This document shows, in pieces, positions 19,313 through 26,909 of a stretch of DNA of 32,000 bases. The notes beneath the pieces were generated by a model that searched no databases, was not told the DNA's origin, and saw only the letters and a program-made list of their open reading frames with translations. The first letter of the stretch is position 1; the number at the start of each line of letters is the position of its first letter. Source of the DNA: Edaphobacter aggregans (GTDB taxonomy: Bacteria > Acidobacteriota > Terriglobia > Terriglobales > Acidobacteriaceae); NCBI RefSeq assembly GCF_003945235.1, contig NZ_RSDW01000001.1, forward strand, positions 3,270,001 to 3,302,000, read 5' to 3'. The position numbers and the translations under genes are program-made.

Positions 19313-19342
19313 AAAAAAGCGGGAGACCGGTTAGTCTCCCGC
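19313..19342 (-). terminator. Intrinsic terminator of hsp20 (separates hsp20 and clpB transcription units)
   Basis: 9-bp stem 19319-19327 (gcgggagac) pairs with 19334-19342 (gtctcccgc), loop cggtta. The A6 run 19313-19318 reads as a T6 run after the hairpin on the minus strand. It lies about 27 nt after the hsp20 stop. Confidence 0.75.
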
Positions 19343-19368
19343 CCGCTCCAACAAACAGAGACAAAAAC

Positions 19369-19869
19369 TTAGGCCGCGGAAGCTTCCACCTGTTTCGGCT
19401 TATCGGCCGCGGAGCCGACGCCGATCTTCACCTGCTTCGGTTTAGCTTCAGCCTTCTTTGTCAGCGTGATCGAAAGCACGCCAGCGTCATACGTAGCCGT
19501 TACAGCATCCGCATCCACCGTCTGAGGCAGCGTAAAGCTCCTTACGAAGCTCCCATACCGCCGCTCGATCCGGTGGAAGTTCTCTTCCTTCTCCTCGGCC
19601 TCGAACTTACGCTCACCCTTCACGGTAAGCGTCTGATTCTCAACCCGAATATCAATTTCCTCCTGCTTGACCCCAGGAACTTCCAGCTTCAAGACCACCT
19701 TCTGCGTGTCCTCATATACATCCACAGCAGGCACAAAGTTACCCGCCGTCAGGCTCTCGTTTTCGCCAGACGTGTGCCCAAAGTCCTGAAAAATCGAGTT
19801 CAATCGGTTCTGCAGCAACGCCACATCGCTCCACGGCGAGCGAAACGGTGTAAATCGAGTGATCGTCAT
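19369..19869 (-). CDS. Small heat-shock protein, Hsp20/alpha-crystallin family
   Basis: 166 aa. Alpha-crystallin domain PAVDVYEDTQKVVLKLEVPGVKQEEIDIRVENQTLTVKGERK...AGVLSITLTK. SD GGAGGA (complement of 19876-19881) lies 6 nt from the ATG. Confidence 0.9.
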   Translation of the reverse strand: MTITRFTPFRSPWSDVALLQNRLNSIFQDFGHTSGENESLTAGNFVPAVDVYEDTQKVVLKLEVPGVKQEEIDIRVENQTLTVKGERKFEAEEKEENFHRIERRYGSFVRSFTLPQTVDADAVTATYDAGVLSITLTKKAEAKPKQVKIGVGSAADKPKQVEASAA

Positions 19870-19969
19870 AGCAAATCCTCCAAAACTGATAATTGTTGCC
19901 GGTCCAACCGACCTTGCTATAGATAAGACGCAGCATTTAAGTAAAAAGATGCATATTATATGATGGAAT

Positions 19970-21543
19970 TTGACTCACATATCGTCTAACCCCATTGTGG
20001 GACAGACTCCTCACCCCCATTCGCTATCCTTACCAAAAAAATCTCATATAGAACCAGTAAGCCATTCAAAAAAAAACCACTTGACCAGCCTTCTGCCCCT
20101 CCTCGCACTTTCCATCCTCCTCGCCGGGTGTGGGGACTCCATTTCCCAACACGCCGCAGCCACCATCTCCACCCAGCCAGCGGACATCGAAGGCATTACC
20201 CACGGTGGCCTACAATCAGTCGGCAACGCCCACATCTATCTCTTTGCCGCCAATAACATAGGCTACCGAGCTCCCAGCATCTCGCTGATCAAACCCTCCG
20301 CTCCTGCCGCAGTAACCGACACTCGCGGAACCTACATCCTCACCGACGCTTCCGGCAACTTCAGCCTTAGTCACACCAACTACAGCTGCTCCGACGGCCA
20401 GCTGCTCTACCTCCTCTCCACCACCGGCAACCCCGGCTTGGCGGGCGAATCCAACAATGACGCTATCTCCTTGATCTTTGTCCTTGGCCCCTGCCCCTCA
20501 GATGGCAACATCGGCGAAATCACCCGCTTTATCGACATCAACGAGGTCTCCACCGTCGCCGGCATCTACGCCCTCGCCGGCTTTATGAGCGACATCACCC
20601 GCGTCAGTTCATCCTCCACCCAACTGTCCCAGCGAGGTCTCGCGAACGCTTTCGCCGCCGTCAACAACCTCGTGGACATCACCACCAGCCAAGCTCTCGC
20701 TCAAAACCTCCACGGTAACGGAGTCATCCCTCAGGCAAAAATAAACGCCCTCGCTAACCTCATCGTTCCCTGCATCAACTCCGCCGGATCCTCCACCCCC
20801 CACTCTCTTCAGCAACGCCCGCGACAGCAACGGATTCGCCCCGCCGACACCGCCACTGCTGTCCTTAACATCGCTCACAACCCAGCCGCCAACGTCGGAG
20901 CACTCTTCTCTCTCATCGGCCCCACTCCCATCTACCAACCACCCTTAACACCGCGCCCAAACGACTGGACCGTTGCCCTCATCTTCTACGCCCCCACAAC
21001 GTCCGGCCCGTACTTCCCAGCCATCGACTCGGCTGGCGACCTCTGGGTTCCTGCCTATGCGAGCAATACCCTCACCGAGTTCGACCCCCTCGGCAACATT
21101 CTCTCCAGCCAATCAGGCTTTACCGGCGGAGGCCTCAACCAGCCCTTCTCCGTCGCCATCGACGCCTCCGACAACCCATGGGTCGTCAACTTCGCCCCAA
21201 TCGGAGCCTCCACCGTCTCGCACTTCTCCTCCTCGGGCACGCCCATCATCTCAACCCCGTACCCCTGTGGAGCGGCGTGCTTCTTCGTGGCCTTCGATTC
21301 TTCGCAAAATGCCTGGATCTCCGGCTCGACCCGCACCCTGACGCTGAGTCCCAATGGCACCACCGTTGCACAGTCCCCATGAACGCCTACGACTCCGGCA
21401 TCGCCCTCGATTCGACCGGTCACGCCTGGACTCTCGGCCTCAATGGATCACCAACTTCACTTACAACTCCATCACCGAATTCATAGGCTTGGCTCCCCCC
21501 CGCAACCCCCATCACTCCGATCAACTACGGCCAGCGCCCTTAG
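19970..21543 (+). pseudogene. Lipoprotein with C-terminal NHL/beta-propeller-like repeats, apparently disrupted by several 1-nt frameshifts
   Basis: The intact-looking ORF is 19970..21382 (lipobox LLAGC; start uncertain among TTG 19970, GTG 19997 and TTG 20081). The repeat pattern (AIDSAGDLWV, AIDASDNPWV, AFDSSQNAWI) continues past the TGA at 21380. It runs in frame 1 (MNAYDSGIALDSTGHAWTLGLNG), then frame 3 (ITNFTYNSITEFIGLAPP), then frame 1 (ATPITPINYGQRP, stop 21541-21543). A compensated out-of-frame stretch is also likely at 20801-20842. Confidence 0.5.
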
Positions 21544-21695
21544 CTTTGGTCGGCGATCTCTGTCGTGGCCCAAACGGCCAATTCTGCCTACGGCAACCTA
21601 CGGAAAGTAGTCTATTTTCAATAAACCATTTATTATCATAACGATAACTTGGCGTGATCATTCCACCCATTCCTCTATAATGGATTTAGATGAGC

Positions 21696-21736
21696 AAAGG
21701 AAAAGCCCCCGGACACTATCAGGGGGCTTTTCCTTT
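21696..21736. terminator. Strong bidirectional terminator hairpin in an AT-rich convergent spacer
   Basis: Perfect 15-bp stem aaaggaaaagccccc (21696-21710) pairs with gggggcttttccttt (21722-21736), 11-nt loop. A/T runs built into both arms give a U-tract in either direction. Confidence 0.7.
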
Positions 21737-21878
21737 ACTTGTTTATTTGTAATACCTTGCAGGTATCTAGAATAAACACTTTACCGAGGTATCATATCGC
21801 TAAACCGCTGAAAATAGATACTTGCAGCTTTAGGGTTGGGTTATCGGCTTATCGCAACGTGCAACTCGCCGCTTTCCA

Positions 21879-22388
21879 CTAAAGGCAGAACCGTTTGCTA
21901 AAGCCCAGCAACGCTAATCCCGCCAGCCCGGTTGCAACCAGCAAAACATTGCTCGGTTCCGGCACAGCATTTACCTCAAAGGTCGTCCATGCGAGAACGT
22001 CCGAAGCACCACCGTCCGCGCCTCCCAGGATGGCAAAAAATCCACTGTAGTCGGTTATCGCAGCATCCGTCGGAATCGTGACCGTGAAGAGAACGTCGGT
22101 TGCGCTATCGCCAGGATTCAAGCTGAGCGGAAAGTTACCGAAAAATGGGTTGTCATCCAGCGTAAGCGGGCTGTCGACGTCGAACGAATCGCTGTTCAGG
22201 AAGACCGCTGCTCCGTTGGTATTCGGAGCAGACACCGTCGCGACAAAAGACAAGGTCGAACCCGGAACACCCGACTGCACGGGATCGCTCAAGGTTAGGT
22301 TGATCGTGTCTGCGAACGCTCGCGAAGACACCAGCAAAAGTATCGCCATGAGAAGCGTCGAAAGAGAAAGGGCCGTTTTTCTAATCAT
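21879..22388 (-). CDS. PEP-CTERM sorting-domain protein (exosortase substrate)
   Basis: Signal peptide MIRKTALSLSTLLMAILLLVSSRAFA. C-terminus VPEPSNVLLVATGLAGLALLGFSKRF carries the PEP motif, a TM helix and a basic tail. It lies 63 nt downstream of the nuclease gene on the same strand. Confidence 0.85.
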   Translation of the reverse strand: MIRKTALSLSTLLMAILLLVSSRAFADTINLTLSDPVQSGVPGSTLSFVATVSAPNTNGAAVFLNSDSFDVDSPLTLDDNPFFGNFPLSLNPGDSATDVLFTVTIPTDAAITDYSGFFAILGGADGGASDVLAWTTFEVNAVPEPSNVLLVATGLAGLALLGFSKRFCL

Positions 22389-22451
22389 GATCTCGTTATC
22401 CTTAATTCCCAGAGGTTAGTGGTTTCGTTTGAAGATGTTTTTTGGGAATCA

Positions 22452-25400
22452 CTACGGTAGAACCGCTCGGATGCTGCCGCCGAACGTTCCGCCTGTATAG
22501 CTTCCCGTATATCGTTCCGCCGACGCTGCGCCCGACGCTCCTGCCGTCGACGGGAATGTAACCGTGGTGACAACGGAGCCGCCGCCCGGTGCAATGTCCC
22601 CAAGCGTTTGCGGGATTGCTGCTCCGGTCGCACTGCCGAGTGTCGCACCAGTGAGCTGCACGTTTTGGGCCGTTCCCGTGCCATTATTCTTCACCGTCAC
22701 CGTAGCCTGGTAGCCGCCGGCTACCTTCGTCAGCGTCGCTGTGGTTACCAGCTGCACCGTGCCCTGAATCGCAGGCACCGAGAAGTACGCAACCGCCGGA
22801 TCGTGGTCGCTCACTCGCTCAGGACGGGTGGCATCGTTCAGGTACACCAGCGGAAAGTCGGAGTCCATGTGGGCATACACCAGTCGTGTTTCGGTCGGGA
22901 CCAGGTCGCTTGTCACAATTACGTGGTCCAGCACCTGGGCGCTTCCGGTTTCCACGTAGCTCTGCCGTTCCGGAGCAGGAAGTAGCGTTACGAGATCCAC
23001 CAGCGGCGGATTCGCCAACCCTGCCACAGGGGGCGTCACAACCTGGGATGCCGGTACCGGCGTACCCTTCGTCACTCCGATCGTGTCTACAAATCCGTCC
23101 GAGAACTCAAACGAGTTGTAGTCACCGACCGTGATCACATGCTCACCCGCAGCCTGATATCCCTGAATGAGCGTTGCCAGATACTCTGCCTGCGCTTCGC
23201 GCTTCAAACGAACGGTAGCTCCCGTGCTCGTAGGATCGTCGATATTGATCAAGGATCTCTGGTGCACTGAAATCACCGTCACTGGGTAGTCTGTCCCCCC
23301 GGTCCGCTTGATGCCCGCATGAAGAACCAGCGGGGTACGGTCGTTCAAAATTGCCTGCGCTCCCGTCGAACTCGTAAATGTCGTCGCCAGGCCAAACTGC
23401 TGGACGTTCACGACATTCACTCGTGTCGTCTTCACCAGGAAGCCGGTGTTGATCGCTGTGCCGTCATTCGCAAGGAACAAGTAGGGCGCATAGATAGGAT
23501 CGGTCTGTCCCGCAGCCTGTGCATCCGCGCTGATCTTGTTTGCGAGGTCAGTCAGCACTGCAAGGTTCTCGATCTCCTGCGTTCCTATGATGTCCGGCAT
23601 ATTCAACACATTCCGTATCGCCAGCGAAGCCTTCGCCAACCGCCGCTGATACGCTGCCGTCGTCACGGTTACTGCCGAGCTGCCGGGATTATCCGCATCG
23701 ACAACATCGTTATAGAACCGCTCCATGTTGAAGCTGGCCACAGTGAACTCGTTGGCAGCCTGCACCGGAACCGGCTGTGCCGTCATCAGCCCCGTCACTG
23801 TCGATGTGGACGTCTTATCCAGCAGAATCTCCGGCGCCCCGGACGAGAAGTCCATCACACCTGTGATTCCCGTAACCGTCGCATTGCTCGTCAGATCGAT
23901 TGCCGGTCCGCCAAACGCTGCACTATCGATAAACAGCAGCTCCGGATTCGAGTCCCAGATAGGCACACTGGGAGGCAGCGGCCCATACGTCGTGTCCGTC
24001 ACAGCCACTCCAGGCTCACGGAACGGCCTTGGCACACCAGTAACGACGCCGTAGAACTGGCCATTGGAGGTATTCGTCTCAGTCGTCTCATTTAGCGATG
24101 CGTCCGTTCCGCTGGTGGTCGTCAATGAGTTGATCGCTACCCGCATCCCCTCGAACTGCGAGAACTGCTTTACGCCACCCGATGGCGAGTCCATCGCCGC
24201 CGTAATCGTCACCGCTGCAGGTAGTGAATTGCTGGTTGAGAGCAGCGTGAATGTCTGTGGTCCGTCGATCTCTGTCCCGGGCGTAAGTGCTGTCGGGGGA
24301 TACGTGTTAACCGTGCCCGTCACCTGTACCTCGTTGCCTACAGCAATCGTGGTGGGCAACTTCGTCGATCCCGTATAAACCAGGATTCCTTCCGGTGTTA
24401 CCGGACTCGTATCTGCGTCCTTGGCCTCCAGGTAAAATCCATTCGACTTTACCCCGATCACAATGCCACTTGTGGTGACCGTCTGTGTCGCGTAGGTCGA
24501 AGGCTTGTTCGTCTGAATCGTCCGTATCGTCACAAAGGGTGGCGGAGTCTGTACGGTTAGTCCAATTGTCGTTGTGGCCGTCCGAAGCTGTGAATCCGTC
24601 ACCGACACCGGCAGAGTGAATGTGCCGGTAGATGTTGCCGTCGTGCTGTACGAGAAGATGTTGTCTCCTGCCGTCACGTCGCCATTGCTGCCGTCGTCAA
24701 ACAAGGTCTGTGTTGTCGATCCGCCAATCGTGCTGAGGTCCGCCTGAACCTGGATGCCGGTGCTTGCGGGATCTGTCCCGGGGATCACTTGTACCGTTAT
24801 GAGTGTTGAGTTTCCCGAATAAAGCGTCGCCGGTGTCGCTGTTCCCTTTGCTGCCAGCGGTGTTGGAGCGCCGCACACGAGCGGAGTCGAGCTCGTATTA
24901 TGCGGGCTCGGCGCCAACGCCTTGAACTCCGTCCCGCTATTGCCGAGCACAGTGCACGCATTCGTGCGGATATCCGCCGTCGTCGTTCCTGGAGCCGGAG
25001 CAGCAGATCCGAACGAACAATTCGTCCCGGTTCCATACGCTACAAAGTCAACCAGCGTTGAGTCCGTCGTAGGAGCTGTTCCCGAGCATACGGAGCTCAG
25101 CTTTGTTTGCGAGCTCACCAGCGCAATCTTGCCGGCTGCTGCGCCAAATGCAATGTTTGTGCCCGTAAAATCTGCCGTCACCGGGAGCGCCGTTCCATTC
25201 GAGCCTGGGCTCGCTGCAATCAGGTAGTACTGGCCGGGCGCCAACGTAATCGTCGCGGGGAGCAACGTTACGGTCGCGATTGTTGTGCCGGCTGCGCTTG
25301 CGTACTGAATGCTGTAGTTATTCAGGGTGAGCGTGTTGCCTGTGGGATTGAAGAGTTCCACGTAGTCGGCATTCAGCGTTGCGCCTGCATTTCCACCTGC

Positions 25401-25529
25401 TCCATACACCTGCGAGATCACGACGTTCGTCGGTGTCGACCCCCAAACCACACCGTTGAACAGCAATAAGGCAAGCACGAGCGCAATACGAGCGCAAAGG
25501 CGGCGATGAAATCCACAAATGATTGGCAT
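22452..25529 (-). CDS. Extracellular nuclease, ExeM/NucH-like (lamin-tail domain + endonuclease/exonuclease/phosphatase domain)
   Basis: Signal peptide, then an LTD-like segment (VVISQVYGAGGNAGATLNADYVELFNPTGNTLTLNNYSIQYASAAG...GQYYLIAAS). An OB-like segment follows (FVTIRTIQTN...SGIVIGVKSNGFYLEAKDAD...EGILVYTG). The EEP domain runs from FTVASFNMERFYN to RVSDHDPAVAYF. The tail is Ig/CARDB-like. Confidence 0.85.
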   Translation of the reverse strand: MPIICGFHRRLCARIALVLALLLFNGVVWGSTPTNVVISQVYGAGGNAGATLNADYVELFNPTGNTLTLNNYSIQYASAAGTTIATVTLLPATITLAPGQYYLIAASPGSNGTALPVTADFTGTNIAFGAAAGKIALVSSQTKLSSVCSGTAPTTDSTLVDFVAYGTGTNCSFGSAAPAPGTTTADIRTNACTVLGNSGTEFKALAPSPHNTSSTPLVCGAPTPLAAKGTATPATLYSGNSTLITVQVIPGTDPASTGIQVQADLSTIGGSTTQTLFDDGSNGDVTAGDNIFSYSTTATSTGTFTLPVSVTDSQLRTATTTIGLTVQTPPPFVTIRTIQTNKPSTYATQTVTTSGIVIGVKSNGFYLEAKDADTSPVTPEGILVYTGSTKLPTTIAVGNEVQVTGTVNTYPPTALTPGTEIDGPQTFTLLSTSNSLPAAVTITAAMDSPSGGVKQFSQFEGMRVAINSLTTTSGTDASLNETTETNTSNGQFYGVVTGVPRPFREPGVAVTDTTYGPLPPSVPIWDSNPELLFIDSAAFGGPAIDLTSNATVTGITGVMDFSSGAPEILLDKTSTSTVTGLMTAQPVPVQAANEFTVASFNMERFYNDVVDADNPGSSAVTVTTAAYQRRLAKASLAIRNVLNMPDIIGTQEIENLAVLTDLANKISADAQAAGQTDPIYAPYLFLANDGTAINTGFLVKTTRVNVVNVQQFGLATTFTSSTGAQAILNDRTPLVLHAGIKRTGGTDYPVTVISVHQRSLINIDDPTSTGATVRLKREAQAEYLATLIQGYQAAGEHVITVGDYNSFEFSDGFVDTIGVTKGTPVPASQVVTPPVAGLANPPLVDLVTLLPAPERQSYVETGSAQVLDHVIVTSDLVPTETRLVYAHMDSDFPLVYLNDATRPERVSDHDPAVAYFSVPAIQGTVQLVTTATLTKVAGGYQATVTVKNNGTGTAQNVQLTGATLGSATGAAIPQTLGDIAPGGGSVVTTVTFPSTAGASGAASAERYTGSYTGGTFGGSIRAVLP

Positions 25530-25837
25530 GCCGGGATACTACCTTAAAACGCCGTCCAATTCGTTCAATATCAAATCAAAAAGCCAATCTGAGGCGGCGC
25601 GACGGTTTGCACCTTCTGGATTTTTTTGTGTGGTGGCGGTCTGCTCGATTTGTTGTTTTTGCTGGGGTTTTTGAGAAAAGTGGTGGCTGGGTGTGGTGTT
25701 TTTGTGGTCAATTGGTGGTGCAATGTGTGGCAAAGCTGGTTAGGAGACAGACACTTTTGCGGGTCTGAAAGTATGCCACTCTTTCAATATTTATTTTGGA
25801 GCGGTTCCTATTTTGGGGATGGGGCTGCTGGAGTAGG
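25530..25837. other. G/T-rich spacer in which strand compositional skew (GC and GC3) changes sign
   Basis: The nuclease gene (minus strand, G-ending codons) and the TPR gene (minus strand, C-ending codons) flank this spacer. The + strand is C-rich to the left and G-rich to the right regardless of gene orientation. The spacer carries four same-orientation TGTGG motifs (25629, 25692, 25703, 25726). Confidence 0.75.
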
Positions 25838-26686
25838 CTATGGGGCTTCGTTTGTCGGGGCGGAGTGGGCCTGTTTCTTCTGGCGTACGAAGGCTGCCTT
25901 TTGGGTCCATTGGTCTGCCAGAGCGATGGCTTCGGTGCGTTTTGTGTCGTCTCCGCAGGCCAGGTCGGCCTGGCGGCGATAGGTGAGGTTGAGGTATTGC
26001 ATGGCGTCTTCGAAGTCGGGTTTTATGTCGATGGCGTGGGTGAGGTGATCGATACCGTCCTGGACGAGGGAAGAGTTTTGACCGCTTAGCTCCTGGCATG
26101 CGGATATGTTCAGCTTGGTATTCCCGTTGCCGTCGTCGGTGAGGTATGCGGTGGCAAGGATGCGAACGGCGTTTTTGTAGGCCTGCGTCCAATCAATAAC
26201 ACCGATGGCATATTGGGACTCGACGTCGGTTGGTTCGAGCTTCAGGACTTGCAGCTCGGTTTCTTTCGCCTGATTGAAGCGGCTGGTGTTGCGGTAGAGG
26301 GTTGCGACCTGTTTGAGCGCGGCGAGGTGCTCGGGAGCGCTCTCGGGAATCTGCTTGAGTATGTTGATGGCGTTGTTTGCGGTGGCTAGGTTGTCGGGTG
26401 TGTTCAGGTTCGGAACGACCTGATAGCTGTAGGACACGCCGAGGTATAGACGGGCCTGATTTGAGGAGGGGTCGAAGGCGACGGCTGCTTTGAAGTGCCG
26501 GACGGCATCGGCGAAGCGACCGCTTTTGAAGGCCGCGACTCCGTGGGTGATTGCTTCTTCGACGGAGGAGTCTGACGGTTCCTGCTGGGCGGCCTGATTG
26601 TCGATTGACTGGGCCGGGAGGGTGGGGGTGAGGGTGATTGCTATTAGGATGGCGCCTAGTGCTGCTCGTTTGCGCGAAAGAGACAT
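25838..26686 (-). CDS. Secreted tetratricopeptide-repeat (TPR) protein
   Basis: Signal peptide MSLSRKRAALGAILIAITLTPTLPAQS. Repeated TPR-like helices (AITHGVAAFKSGRFADAVRHFKAAVAFDPSSNQARLYLGVSY..., RFNQAKETELQVLKLEPTDVESQYAIGV..., MQYLNLTYRRQADL). Confidence 0.8.
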   Translation of the reverse strand: MSLSRKRAALGAILIAITLTPTLPAQSIDNQAAQQEPSDSSVEEAITHGVAAFKSGRFADAVRHFKAAVAFDPSSNQARLYLGVSYSYQVVPNLNTPDNLATANNAINILKQIPESAPEHLAALKQVATLYRNTSRFNQAKETELQVLKLEPTDVESQYAIGVIDWTQAYKNAVRILATAYLTDDGNGNTKLNISACQELSGQNSSLVQDGIDHLTHAIDIKPDFEDAMQYLNLTYRRQADLACGDDTKRTEAIALADQWTQKAAFVRQKKQAHSAPTNEAP

Positions 26687-26754
26687 GGCGGGAGTTTAGT
26701 CTTACTTCCCGATTTTGGTGAGGGTTTTGAGGAAGACGGTTCGCGCTTTGCGCG

Positions 26755-26790
26755 AATGCCCACATTTCAGAATCGAGATATGGGGCACCC
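26755..26790. repeat. Degenerate copy of an ATGCCCCAC..TCAGAATCGAG..GTGGGGCAT palindromic repeat
   Basis: The sequence aatgcccacatttcagaatcgagatatggggcaccc forms an imperfect hairpin. It shares the core cagaatcgag and arms with the copy at 26847-26886. Its translation gives the QNRDMGHP peptide of spurious ORF 26756..26974. Confidence 0.55.
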
Positions 26791-26846
26791 GATACCCGAT
26801 ACTCGGCAAATTGATCCGCTATCGACGCGGCGGTTTGCGCGTGACG

Positions 26847-26886
26847 AAAATGCCCCACCTCTCAGAATCGAGGGGTGGGGCATTTT
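26847..26886 (-). terminator. Palindromic repeat copy acting as terminator of the 26910..29795 gene
   Basis: 17-bp stem aaaatgccccacctctc (26847-26863) pairs with gaggggtggggcatttt (26870-26886) with one G-U pair, loop agaatc. The A4/T4 arms give a U-tract. It lies about 23 nt downstream of the minus-strand stop at 26910-26912. Confidence 0.65.
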
Positions 26887-26909
26887 GATTTATCGGAAGG
26901 TATCACTTG

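Noticed and set aside
19228-19969. Heat-shock operators (CIRCE TTAGCACTC-N9-GAGTGCTAA, HAIR CTTGAGT-N7-ACTCAAG) or a sigma-32 promoter upstream of clpB and hsp20
   Set aside because: I found no acceptable match to any of these consensus sequences in either upstream region. Only weak sigma-70-like hexamers are present, so I make no regulatory call.
21628-21655. dif-like AT-rich 28-mer (atttattatcataacgataacttggcgt)
   Set aside because: Only about half the positions match the E. coli dif consensus. In addition, the skew polarity in the window is origin-type rather than terminus-type.
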